Positions 15,401 to 24,000 of a DNA stretch of 24,000 bases are shown here, piece by piece. The position numbers and the translations under genes are program-made. Positions within the stretch are counted from its first letter, which is position 1; each line of letters begins with the position of its first letter. Origin of the DNA: Phycisphaerae bacterium (lineage in GTDB: Bacteria; Planctomycetota; Phycisphaerae; UBA1845; UTPLA1); contig JAKLKO010000001.1 in assembly GCA_023150615.1 (NCBI GenBank), positions 271,356-295,355 of the forward strand. The letters run 5' to 3'. The notes beneath the pieces are model-generated. The model made no database searches and was not told where the DNA came from. It worked only from the letters and a program-made list of their open reading frames with translations.

Positions 15401-16519
15401 TCAGTTCGCCAGATCGAGCAATCGTCGTGCGATCGTCTCCGCAGCGTCGTCACGGCTGAGGGCCTTCGCCGCGCGGCTCATGCGGCGACGCCGCTCAACC
15501 GAGTGCATGAGGTCGGTCAGAACCGGTCGCAGTTGCGCCGCGTTTCGAGACGGGTCGACGGCATCCTCCACGACGACGGCTGCCCCGCCATTGGCCAGCA
15601 CCGCGGCGTTCGCGTCCTGATGCCGACGGCGATCAAACGGATAGGGCAAGAGGACGGCAGGCACGCCGGCCAGAGAAAGCTCCGCCAGCGAAGATGCGCC
15701 GGCGCGTGCGATCGCCAGATCGGCGGCGGCGTAGGCCAGCGGCAGATCCTCCGAATAATCGACGACCGCGGCGGCGACGCCCTTCCGAGCGTACGCCGTC
15801 CGTACCGCCTCGTGATCCGCGCGGCCGGTGAAATGCAGGAGCTGCCAATCTTGATGCTGAAGCCAGAAATCGGCCAGTTCGACACTGGCGAGGTTGATCG
15901 AACGCGCGCCCTGCGATGCGCCGGTGATCAGCAACGTATGCCGTGCCGGATCCAGGTTCCACCGGCGGACAGCGTCGTCGCGCGAGGTTCGATGGAGGAT
16001 GTCGCGCACCGGGCAGCCCGTGACCTCGATCGCCGCCGACGCGCCGTCAAACCACCGGGCCGTGTCGTGCCATTGCACGTAAACCTGCTGAACGAGCCTC
16101 GCAAGCCGGCGATTGGCACGGCCCGGCTCCGCGTCCGGATTGAACAGCGCGGTCGGTATCCCGATTTCCGCCGCGACCACGACGGGCGGGGCTGCGGCAT
16201 ATCCGCCCAATCCGAGCACGGCGAGCGGGCGCCGCGCCGTGAAGCGGGCGCGGGCCAGTTTCTTCGACGCGTTCCAATTGAGGAGGAACCGCGGCCAGTG
16301 CCACGGCCTGCTGGGGAAGGGCTGAACCGATTGCCGAACAAGCTCGAAGCCGCGCGGCTCGATGACCTCGCGGTCGATCGCGCGCATCGTCCCGAAAAAC
16401 GTCACGTCGAGATCGGGCTTGAGCCGGATCGCCGCGTTGGCGATCGCGATGCCCGGATAGAGGTGGCCGCCGGTGCCGCCGCCTGCCAGAACCAGCCATG
16501 GACGAGCATCTGTGCTCAT
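15401..16519 (-). CDS. murG: undecaprenyldiphospho-muramoylpentapeptide beta-N-acetylglucosaminyltransferase
   Basis: 372 aa. The N-terminal G-loop is WLVLAGGGTGGHLYPGIAIA. It has GT28 architecture with the C-terminal ARAGASSLAELSLAGVPAVLLPYP. Confidence 0.9.
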   Translation of the reverse strand: MSTDARPWLVLAGGGTGGHLYPGIAIANAAIRLKPDLDVTFFGTMRAIDREVIEPRGFELVRQSVQPFPSRPWHWPRFLLNWNASKKLARARFTARRPLAVLGLGGYAAAPPVVVAAEIGIPTALFNPDAEPGRANRRLARLVQQVYVQWHDTARWFDGASAAIEVTGCPVRDILHRTSRDDAVRRWNLDPARHTLLITGASQGARSINLASVELADFWLQHQDWQLLHFTGRADHEAVRTAYARKGVAAAVVDYSEDLPLAYAAADLAIARAGASSLAELSLAGVPAVLLPYPFDRRRHQDANAAVLANGGAAVVVEDAVDPSRNAAQLRPVLTDLMHSVERRRRMSRAAKALSRDDAAETIARRLLDLAN

Positions 16520-16584
16520 GAGCCGTGCGTTTTACCGCGCCGAACGAAATACGGGCGTCCGGGCCGTGCGCTTCGGCGATCGAT

Positions 16585-17748
16585 TCAATCATCGTCCGGC
16601 AACCACTCGCGACCGCGACGCCGGGCGACGTTTGCGAGGATCCCGATCATCGTGGCGAGGAAGACGACGCCCGACCCCCCCGCCGAGACCAGCGGTAGCG
16701 AAATGCCCTTGGTCGGAACGGAGACCGTGACGACCGCGATATTGAGCGCAGCCTGCAGGCCGATCGTCGCCGCCACGCCGACGACGAGCAATCGACCGAG
16801 ATCGTCGACCGCCTCGAGCATCGCGCGGCGCGCCTGCCAGATCAGGACAATAAACAGCGCGATGAGCGCGGCGCCGCCGACCAGGCCGAGTTCCTCGCAC
16901 ACGACCGCGAAAATGAAATCGGACCGGGCCTCAGGAAGGTAGCCGTATTTCTGGATGCCCGCCCCGAGGCCGACGCCCCACAGGTCCCCGGAGGCGATGG
17001 TCAGCAGCGACTGCACCTGGTGATAACCCCGACCCCGCGGATCCGCCCAGATATCGCGGAACGCCAACAGCCGCTCCATCCGGTACGGCTCGGCCACGAT
17101 CAGATAGACCATGCCGGCGACGCCCGGCGCAGCGCAGAGCACGAGCTGCCAGATTCGCGCGCCGGCCGCCATCAACACCCCGACGCCGACCGCTCCGAGC
17201 AGCGCGGCCGTGCCGAAGTCCTCCTTGCCGACGAGGGCGACGACCAGTCCGACGAGCAGCAGTCCGGGGAGCAATCCGCGCCAGAACTTCCGAATCCGTT
17301 CGCCGCAATGAGCCGCGTAGGCCGCGGTGAAGACCACGATCGCGACCTTCGCAAGCTCGGAGGGTTGAAATCCGAGTCCCCACGATGAAGGCCCGATGGA
17401 CAGCCAGCGCCTCGCTCCGTTGCGCAGCGTTCCGATTCCGGGAACCAGCACAATGGCACAGAAACCGATCGCAATCAACAGGAGTAGGATCGCAGGCTGC
17501 CACCACGAACCAGGTCGGACCCTCCAGAACGTGTACGGAATCGCGCCGCCGATCAGCAATCCGAGCATTGCGATGAGCGTAAACGACGCCTGCCGAATGG
17601 CGGGGTTGCGTAGCGGATCGGCGAACAGCGGCTCGTCGCCGAGCGTCGCTGTGGCGGAGAAGACCATGACAATGCCCATGCACAGCAGCGCGGCCGCGAC
17701 GACGGTGATCGTCGTGCTGGCCCGGGATGGTTGGCTGAGGACGCGCAT
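16585..17748 (-). CDS. ftsW: SEDS-family peptidoglycan glycosyltransferase / lipid II-related division protein FtsW
   Basis: 387 aa polytopic protein with SEDS signatures (RWLSIGPSSWGLGFQPSELAK, PEARSDFIFAVVCEELGLVGG, VSVPTKGISLPLVSAGGSG). It sits in the dcw position between mraY and murG. Confidence 0.85.
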   Translation of the reverse strand: MRVLSQPSRASTTITVVAAALLCMGIVMVFSATATLGDEPLFADPLRNPAIRQASFTLIAMLGLLIGGAIPYTFWRVRPGSWWQPAILLLLIAIGFCAIVLVPGIGTLRNGARRWLSIGPSSWGLGFQPSELAKVAIVVFTAAYAAHCGERIRKFWRGLLPGLLLVGLVVALVGKEDFGTAALLGAVGVGVLMAAGARIWQLVLCAAPGVAGMVYLIVAEPYRMERLLAFRDIWADPRGRGYHQVQSLLTIASGDLWGVGLGAGIQKYGYLPEARSDFIFAVVCEELGLVGGAALIALFIVLIWQARRAMLEAVDDLGRLLVVGVAATIGLQAALNIAVVTVSVPTKGISLPLVSAGGSGVVFLATMIGILANVARRRGREWLPDDD

Positions 17749-17784
17749 CGTCTGGTTACCTGGCCCGGCGCAGGCCGGGCGGAG

Positions 17785-18921
17785 CTATCGCAGTTTCAAT
17801 GTTGCCAGCGACACGGCGGCGCATAGCGCGCCGATGAGCCAGAATCGCGTCACGACCTGAGTCTCGGTCCACCCGCCGAGATGGAAATGATGGTGAATCG
17901 GCGCGACGCGGAAGATGCGTTTGCCGCCCGTGTACTTGAAGTAGGAGACCTGGAGGATGACCGAGATCGCCTCGATCACGAACACGCCGCCGACGATGAA
18001 CAGCATCAGCTCGTGACGGATGACGATGGCGACGTATCCGATCAGGCCGCCGAGGGCGAGCGATCCGGTGTCGCCCATGAAGACCTGGGCCGGGTGGCAG
18101 TTGTACCAGAGGAATCCGAGCGTCGCCCCGGTCATGGCGCCGCAGACGACCGCAAGCTCGGCCGCGCCGGCGACGCGCGGGAGCAGCAGGTAGGCTGCGA
18201 TGTCGGGATTGCCGACGATGGCCGACATGATCATAAAAACGAACGTGCAGAGCGCCACGCAGCCGGACGCGAGCCCATCCATGCCGTCGGTGAGGTTGAC
18301 CGCGTTGGACGTTCCGGCCACGACGACGACGGTGATGAGCATGAAGACCGGTACGGCGACGGTCACGCCGTGGGTGATCGGATCGCCCTTGTAAAACGGG
18401 ATCATGAGGACGTTGAAGAACGCGGTCTGGGACTGCTCGAGGTTCTTGCTGCCGAACTGGTAGATGAAATAGGCCAGCATGACGCCCAGTCCGACCTGGA
18501 ACAGGAGCTTTTCGTACATCTTCAGCCCGTCGCGCGTTCCGGAGCGGCGGGCGGCGGTGAGCTTGAGCCAGTCATCGACGCCGCCGAGCGTGCCCAGCCA
18601 GAGCATGGTGAACAGCGCGAGGTGGATGTAGAAGTTCCGCAGGTCGGCCAGCAGCAGGACACTGACGGCGATCGCGATGAGGATGAGGACGCCGCCCATC
18701 GTGGGGACGTTCGCCTTGTGCTGCGTGAGCTGGTTGAGCGCGGCGTGGTCGAACTCGGGCCGGTCGCCGAGCTTCATGCGGATCAGCCCGCGGATGACGC
18801 GCGGACCAAGCCCCCACACGGTGCCAAAGGCCAGGACGATCGCGATAATGGCGCGGAGCATCGGGTCGCGGTAGGCGTAGGGCGCGCTGTCCAGCAGGAA
18901 ATCAAGCAGGTGAAAGATCAC
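17785..18921 (-). CDS. mraY: phospho-N-acetylmuramoyl-pentapeptide transferase
   Basis: It has GGVDDWLKL, NAVNLTDGMDGLA, FMGDTGSLALGG and APIHHHFHLGGW. I prefer the start at GTG 18921 (VIFHLLDFLL..., matching the usual MraY N-terminus length). The ORF maximum is TTG 18969. Confidence 0.9.
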   Translation of the reverse strand: MIFHLLDFLLDSAPYAYRDPMLRAIIAIVLAFGTVWGLGPRVIRGLIRMKLGDRPEFDHAALNQLTQHKANVPTMGGVLILIAIAVSVLLLADLRNFYIHLALFTMLWLGTLGGVDDWLKLTAARRSGTRDGLKMYEKLLFQVGLGVMLAYFIYQFGSKNLEQSQTAFFNVLMIPFYKGDPITHGVTVAVPVFMLITVVVVAGTSNAVNLTDGMDGLASGCVALCTFVFMIMSAIVGNPDIAAYLLLPRVAGAAELAVVCGAMTGATLGFLWYNCHPAQVFMGDTGSLALGGLIGYVAIVIRHELMLFIVGGVFVIEAISVILQVSYFKYTGGKRIFRVAPIHHHFHLGGWTETQVVTRFWLIGALCAAVSLATLKLR

Positions 18922-18993
18922 GGCGCGCAGTTCCCGTTGTCCGACGGTCCTCCATGCCCGGTCCCGCAACGATCACCCCGGCGGGCCGCCGCG

Positions 18994-20394
18994 TCAGGAC
19001 GAGCGGACGCTCAACTCGCCCACGCGCTCGAGGTACGGCAGCAACCGCTCGAGACGTACGGCGCGCGATCCTTTCAACAGCACGACGTCGCCCGGCTCCA
19101 GGATGCGCTCGAGCGATGGGCCGACGGCCTCGACGGCCGGAAACGAGTAGATGCGCTTCGACGGGCCGGCCGTCGCCGTGGCGCCATCGGACACGGTCCG
19201 CGCGTGCGCGCCCACGGCGACGATGACCTGGGCGCTGCTGCGACCGGCGGCGCGGCCAAGCTCCTCGTGACAGCGCTCCGCGTGCTCGCCGAGTTCCCGC
19301 ATGTCGCCGAGGATAAACACGCGGCGGCCACCGTCCGCGAGCTCCTCCACCGCGGCGAAGGCGGCGCGCATGCTCGCGGGATTGGCGTTGTACGCGTCGT
19401 TGATCAGTGTCAGCGATCCGATCGCGCGACGTTCGAGTCGCATCGGCGGCGCCTCGGCGGCGGCCAGCGCGGCGGCGATCTCGTCGTGGGATAATCCGAA
19501 CCGCAGACCGATTGCGATTGCCGCCAGCGCGTTCAGCACGTTGTGCGCGCCGACCAGCGGAATCGAGTAGACGAATCGGCCGTTGACGGTGAAGTGCAGC
19601 CGACGGCCGTCCCAGTGCAGACCGCTCGCGCGGAGGTCGGCCGCGGCGTCGATCCCGAAGGTCAGGCGCGTCAGATCGCCGCGACTGTTCCAGTCCGGGA
19701 AGCGCGTGCACTCGAGGTTCGCGACGACGAAGCCCCGCGGCCGCACCGTCCGCAGGATCGAGAGCTCCTCCCTGGCGACGCCGGTCAGATCGCCGAAAAA
19801 CTCGAGATGCTCCTCACCGATCGACGTGATCACGGCGAGATCAGGCCGCGCGATGTCCGCCAGCGCGGCGACCTCACCGGGATGATTCGTGCCGATCTCG
19901 ACCGCGACGTACTCGTCGGACGACTGCGCCGAGAGCAGTGTCAGCGGCACGCCGATGTGGTTGTTGAAGCTCTTCGGCGAGGCCCGTCCGCGCTTCCTCG
20001 CGCGGAGCACGACGTCGATCCACTGCTTGGTCGTTGTCTTGCCGTTGCTGCCCACGACGGCGATCACCTGCGCGGCCAACTGGCTGCGATGGTAGGCCGC
20101 GAGCCGTCCGAGCGCCTCGGCGGTGTCGGCGACACAGATGAGCGGGCCGGTCTCCTGCAAGCGCGACGCGAGCCGCGGGACATCCGAGACGACGGCCGCG
20201 ACGGCGCCGGCCTTCAACGCGGCCTCGACGAAGTCGTGCCCGTTGAAGCGCTCGCCGACAATCGCGAAGAACAGCTCCCCGGGGCGTACGTCGCGGCTGT
20301 CGGTGCCGACGGCGGAGATGCTCGCGATCGGCAGCTTGACGAGCGGACGGCCGCCCATTGCGCTCACGACTTCATCCAGCGTCAGGGCCTTCAT
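18994..20394 (-). CDS. murF: UDP-N-acetylmuramoyl-tripeptide--D-alanyl-D-alanine ligase
   Basis: 466 aa. It has GTDSRDVRPGELFFAIVGERFNGHDF, the P-loop AVVGSNGKTTTK and NDAYNANPASM. The start overlaps the murE stop by 4 nt (ATGA). Confidence 0.9.
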   Translation of the reverse strand: MKALTLDEVVSAMGGRPLVKLPIASISAVGTDSRDVRPGELFFAIVGERFNGHDFVEAALKAGAVAAVVSDVPRLASRLQETGPLICVADTAEALGRLAAYHRSQLAAQVIAVVGSNGKTTTKQWIDVVLRARKRGRASPKSFNNHIGVPLTLLSAQSSDEYVAVEIGTNHPGEVAALADIARPDLAVITSIGEEHLEFFGDLTGVAREELSILRTVRPRGFVVANLECTRFPDWNSRGDLTRLTFGIDAAADLRASGLHWDGRRLHFTVNGRFVYSIPLVGAHNVLNALAAIAIGLRFGLSHDEIAAALAAAEAPPMRLERRAIGSLTLINDAYNANPASMRAAFAAVEELADGGRRVFILGDMRELGEHAERCHEELGRAAGRSSAQVIVAVGAHARTVSDGATATAGPSKRIYSFPAVEAVGPSLERILEPGDVVLLKGSRAVRLERLLPYLERVGELSVRSS

Positions 20395-21911
20395 GACGTT
20401 CCCACGCGCAGACTCAGGGCCGTCGCCGCGATCTCGGCATCATCGAAGTGCAGCTTCTGCGTCCCGATGATCTGGTAGTCTTCGTGTCCCTTTCCGGCGA
20501 TCAGGACCGTGTCGCCCGGCCGCGCGGCGGCGAGCGTCTCACGGATCGCCTCCGCGCGATCCAGCCGCGTCACGGTGCGCTGGCGCGCGTCGGCCGGCAG
20601 ACCGGACTCGATCTCGCGGATGATCGCCGCGGGGTCCTCGGTTCGCGGATTGTCGCTGGTGATGACGACCTGGTCGGCCAGCTCCGCCGCGACGGCGGCC
20701 ATGCGCGGACGCTTCGTGCGATCGCGATCGCCGCCGCATCCGAAGACGCACCAGAGCCGGCCGCGCGCCAGCGGCCGTAGCGCGCGAAGCACGTTGTCGA
20801 GCGCGTCGTCCGTGTGCGCGTAGTCCACAAAGACATCGATGCCCGCGCCGTCCACCGCGATGCGTTCCAGCCGGCCCGGGACGCGCGTCAGGCCTGCAAG
20901 ACCGGCTCGGATCGCCTCGAAGTCAACGCCGAAGGCCATCGCCGCGCCGGCCGCCGCGAGCGAGTTGTAGACGTTGTGCCGGCCGGCGATGCGGTTGGTC
21001 AGCTCGATGGCCGCGCCGCGATGGTGAAGAGTAAAACGGGTGCCGCGAGCGGAGGATTCGATGATCTCGGCGCGCAGATCGGCCCGCTCGCCGAAGCCGT
21101 AGCGTACGACGCGGGCCTTCGTGTCCGCGACGATGCGATCGGAGTGCGGATCATCCGCGTTCACGATCGCCGTGCTTCCGGCGCGAAGCGTGTCGAAGAA
21201 CCGCTTCTTCGCGAGGAAATAGGCGTCCATCGTTCCGTGGTAATCGAGGTGATCGCCGGTGAGGTTCGTGAATATCGCGACTTCATAGTCGATCCCGTCG
21301 GTTCGCCGCTGATCGAGGCTGATCGAGGAAACCTCCATCACCGCGAACGGCGCCCCGGCCCGTGCTGCTTCGACGAGATGTTCGCTGAGCGTGACGGCGG
21401 GCGGCGTGGTGAGGGGCGCCGGGACCTTGCGCGAGATCAGGTCGTACTCGACCGTACCGAACAGCGCGGTCTTGTAGCCGGCCGCGTTCAGCAGCGCGCG
21501 GGTCATGAAGCACGTCGTGCTCTTGCCGTTCGTGCCCGTGACGCCGGCGACGCGAAGGCGCCGGTCCGACAAGAGGCGATCGAGTCCGGTCCAGGCGGCC
21601 ATCAGCCGCGCGAGGGCGTGGCGCGAATCGGGGACGATCAGCTCGATTGCACCGCGCGATCCGCAGGTCGAGCGTTCGACGACGACTCCGATCGCCCCGG
21701 CGTCCAGCGCCGCGTGCACGAAGTCGTGTCCATCGACCGTTGTTCCGCGGCAGGCGACGTACAACCAGCCGGGCTGCACGCGCCGCGAGTCATCGGTGAT
21801 CCCGAGGACGGGCTTGGACGACGATCCGCCGACGCCGAGGGCGCGCTGGCAGAATTCCGCGAGTGGAATCGATCTCGTCGCCGGTTCATTACGTATCACG
21901 ACCGATGTCAT
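20391..21911 (-). CDS. murE: UDP-N-acetylmuramoyl-L-alanyl-D-glutamate--2,6-diaminopimelate ligase
   Basis: 506 aa. It has TDDSRRVQPGWLYVACRGTTVDGHDF, the P-loop VAGVTGTNGKSTT, and the DNPR motif (VITSDNPRTEDP) associated with meso-DAP-adding MurE enzymes. Confidence 0.9.
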   Translation of the reverse strand: MTSVVIRNEPATRSIPLAEFCQRALGVGGSSSKPVLGITDDSRRVQPGWLYVACRGTTVDGHDFVHAALDAGAIGVVVERSTCGSRGAIELIVPDSRHALARLMAAWTGLDRLLSDRRLRVAGVTGTNGKSTTCFMTRALLNAAGYKTALFGTVEYDLISRKVPAPLTTPPAVTLSEHLVEAARAGAPFAVMEVSSISLDQRRTDGIDYEVAIFTNLTGDHLDYHGTMDAYFLAKKRFFDTLRAGSTAIVNADDPHSDRIVADTKARVVRYGFGERADLRAEIIESSARGTRFTLHHRGAAIELTNRIAGRHNVYNSLAAAGAAMAFGVDFEAIRAGLAGLTRVPGRLERIAVDGAGIDVFVDYAHTDDALDNVLRALRPLARGRLWCVFGCGGDRDRTKRPRMAAVAAELADQVVITSDNPRTEDPAAIIREIESGLPADARQRTVTRLDRAEAIRETLAAARPGDTVLIAGKGHEDYQIIGTQKLHFDDAEIAATALSLRVGTS

Positions 21912-22117
21912 GGCGTCAATTCAGTTCCAAGTCCGGACGCCGCGCGTTCGGTCGAATCGCATCGGCGCAACCGCACTGACGTTGGTTCGATCCCTCGTCG
22001 TGCGGTCCATCGGGGCGGAGTGCGTTTGACCGCGAAGCGTCCAACCTCCCTTGTATACGTTCGTCCCGAGGTCCGCAATCGGAACCGTTCCGGGATCGAC
22101 CGCGCGAATCCTGCGCC

Positions 22118-23863
22118 CTAGTCGCCGCCGTCGGCGGTTACGGTCGGGGCGGTTTCACGCTCGGGCGGGACGCGCAGATAGGCAAGGGCCTCGGACAGGA
22201 TTTCGCGCGCGGCCGGTGCAGCGACCGTTCCCCCGTAATAGCCGATCGAACGATCGGGCTTTCGGATCGAGACGAAGACGACAAGCCGCGGGTCCTCGAG
22301 CGGCGCGCCGCCGATGAACGAGCTCTGGTAGGCGTCCGGGATGTACCCGCCCCCGCCGGGCTTGGGGATCTGGGCCGTGCCGGTCTTGCCGAAGACCTGG
22401 TAGCGCGTCAGAGCCGCCCGGGTGCCCGTGCCCGAGTTGATGACGGCCGCGAGGATGTTCCGCTTCATCGTGTCGGCCGCGCGGCGCGGGATGGCACGGC
22501 GCGTCGGCGGCGAGGCGAAATCCTCGACGATCGTCCCGTCCGGCGCAAGCACGGCGCGGATCAGATGCGGCTGAACGAGCAGGCCGCCGTTGGCGAACGA
22601 GCAGAACGCGCGTGCGAGTTGAAGCGGCGTCACGGCGATCTCCTGCCCCATGGGGATGCTCGTCGTCGTGAAACTGGTCCAGGCGTGCGTACCAGGAACG
22701 ATGCCGGGGTTGTCGCCGTCGAGGTCGATGCCGGTCTTCTCGCCGAAACCAAACGTCCGCAGCGCGGCCGCCAGCCGCTGATTGCCCAGCCGCTTGCCGA
22801 TCTTGGCCATGCCGATATTACTGGACTTGATGAGGACTTCCTCAAACGTCAGCGCCGAGTACGGGTGGTGATCGTGGAGCAGGCGCTTGCCATCGCGCCA
22901 TAGGCCGCCTTCGCAATCGAAGACCTCGCCGAGTCGCACGACCTTTTCGGCCAGCGCGTAGCTCGCGATGAACGGCTTGAACGTGCTGCCCGGCTCGACC
23001 GGGTCGGTGATGATGCGGTTACGGAAGCGCCAATGCGAGCCCGCGGCGTAGTCTTGGAAGTGATTCGGGTCGAAGCCCGGCTCGTTCGCCATCGCGAGCA
23101 CGGCGCCCGTTCGCGGATCGAGAACGACGGCCACGCCCGACTCCGCCTTGAAGGAGACAACGGCCGATCGCAGGGCGCGTTCCGTCGCGGACTGGATGAC
23201 GGCGTCGAGGGTCAGGACGATGTGACACCCGTCGCGGGGCGGGTCGTAGCCGTCCCGCGCAAGCCAGAACGCGCGCCGCGCGGCGTCGCGGATGATGGTC
23301 TTCATGCCCGGCTCGCCGCCAAGCCACTCATCGCACTGGTGCTCCAGACCGGCGATTCCGCGGCCGTCGCGTGAGACGAACCCGACGATCTGGGCGGCGA
23401 GACCGCCGAGCGGATACGTGCGCACGGGCTCTTCGAACGTCCCGATTCCGGAGATCCTCGACGCACGGATCGCCTCGATCTGCGCCGCGTTGACGCCGCG
23501 CTGGATCACGAAGAAGCGCCGTTGTCCGGCCGCGACGAGGTCCTGCCCGAGTTCCAGCGCCGGCAGGCCGAGGATCTTCGCCACGCGCGACGCGGCGTCC
23601 TGCTTGTCGGGGATCAGTTTTGGATCGGCGAAGACGCTGTGCTGCAGCGACGTGCCGGCCAGAATGCGGCCGCGGGCATCGACGATCAGCCCGCGCCGCG
23701 CCGGCAGCGGGATGTCGCTGCGCTGCTGCTCGGCGGCCAGGGCTCTGAGGCGCGGCGCCTCGCGGACGTTGATCGACACCAATCGCCCGAACAACGCGAC
23801 CAGCGCGGTGATGATCAGCACGAGCAACAGTTGTCCGGCGACGTATGACGACCTGAGGCGCAC
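22118..23863 (-). CDS. ftsI: class B penicillin-binding protein / peptidoglycan D,D-transpeptidase FtsI
   Basis: It has the SxxK motif (GSTFKPF), SxN (KSSNIGM) and KTG (GKTGTAQ), with an N-terminal TM segment LLLVLIITALVALFG. I prefer the start at GTG 23863 (AGGAAGGGA upstream, 16 nt after the ftsL-like stop). The ORF maximum ATG 23947 would overlap the upstream gene by 68 nt. Confidence 0.85.
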   Translation of the reverse strand: MRLRSSYVAGQLLLVLIITALVALFGRLVSINVREAPRLRALAAEQQRSDIPLPARRGLIVDARGRILAGTSLQHSVFADPKLIPDKQDAASRVAKILGLPALELGQDLVAAGQRRFFVIQRGVNAAQIEAIRASRISGIGTFEEPVRTYPLGGLAAQIVGFVSRDGRGIAGLEHQCDEWLGGEPGMKTIIRDAARRAFWLARDGYDPPRDGCHIVLTLDAVIQSATERALRSAVVSFKAESGVAVVLDPRTGAVLAMANEPGFDPNHFQDYAAGSHWRFRNRIITDPVEPGSTFKPFIASYALAEKVVRLGEVFDCEGGLWRDGKRLLHDHHPYSALTFEEVLIKSSNIGMAKIGKRLGNQRLAAALRTFGFGEKTGIDLDGDNPGIVPGTHAWTSFTTTSIPMGQEIAVTPLQLARAFCSFANGGLLVQPHLIRAVLAPDGTIVEDFASPPTRRAIPRRAADTMKRNILAAVINSGTGTRAALTRYQVFGKTGTAQIPKPGGGGYIPDAYQSSFIGGAPLEDPRLVVFVSIRKPDRSIGYYGGTVAAPAAREILSEALAYLRVPPERETAPTVTADGGD

Positions 23864-23879
23864 GGCATCCCTTCCTGCG

Positions 23880-24000
23880 TTAGCGGCCCCCCGCGCGGTC
23901 AGACCGATCCGCGTTCTTCGTCGGCTCCGCCGAAGGCGGAACGACATCGAGCCGAAGCGCTTCGGCCCGTTCGCGAATGCGCTGCGGATCGCGCAGCACG
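23880..24000 (-). CDS. ftsL: FtsL-like division protein, C-terminal fragment (5' end outside window)
   Basis: The open frame runs from the window edge to TAA at 23880-23882. It translates as VLRDPQRIRERAEALRLDVVPPSAEPTKNADRSDRAGGR. The L.DP.RI...A..L.L...P segment resembles the conserved FtsL C-terminus (..RIE.IA...LGM..P). Its position directly upstream of ftsI is canonical. It is too short to appear in the ORF track. Confidence 0.4.
   Translation of the reverse strand, partial: VLRDPQRIRERAEALRLDVVPPSAEPTKNADRSDRAGGR

Noticed and set aside
16450-16500. GGGTGGH glycine loop, which superficially resembles the FtsZ/tubulin GGGTGxG signature.
   Set aside because: It is the N-terminal G-loop of MurG (LAGGGTGGHLYPG) within a full GT28 protein. 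It is not a hidden FtsZ.
1-24000. Search by eye for tRNA/rRNA genes, CRISPR repeats, IS elements or inverted terminal repeats, integrase or recombinase genes, toxin-antitoxin pairs and known defence-system genes.
   Set aside because: I found none. The intergenic regions (2265-2502, 3971-4164, 4543-4733, 7002-7337, 8808-9104, 15085-15400, 21912-22117) show no cloverleaf-like or periodic repeat structure. No ORF has nuclease, ATPase, helicase or transposase motifs.

Overview
High-GC bacterial chromosomal window (by eye about two thirds or more G+C) with no rRNA, tRNA, CRISPR array, transposase or integrase that I can recognise. The plus-strand block (1-4542) holds the 3' end of an alpha/beta hydrolase, a bacterial GH3-family adenylating enzyme, Sua5/TsaC, RnpA and a very basic 125 aa orphan with its own terminator. 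A small hydrophobic ORF (2043-2264) lies on the opposite strand. The minus-strand block (4734-24000) starts with two tandem paralogous secreted proteins: an uncharacterised Cys-rich core of about 400 aa plus a C-terminal dockerin-like module. Next come two roughly 7-TM orphan membrane proteins, then a near-complete dcw (peptidoglycan/division) cluster. Read in its own direction the cluster is ftsL(partial)-ftsI-murE-murF-mraY-ftsW-murG-murC-murB-ddl-ftsQ. Three things stand out. The cluster has no murD between mraY and ftsW. It stops at ftsQ with no ftsA/ftsZ, and the two orphan membrane proteins sit in that position. The tandem dockerin-tailed paralogs have a core I cannot assign to any family. 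The gene content suggests an FtsZ-less, dockerin-rich lineage such as Planctomycetota/Phycisphaerae, but that is inference and not demonstrated here. Most long ORFs in the track that lie opposite these genes are Arg/Ala/Pro-rich antisense shadows typical of high-GC DNA, and I rejected them.
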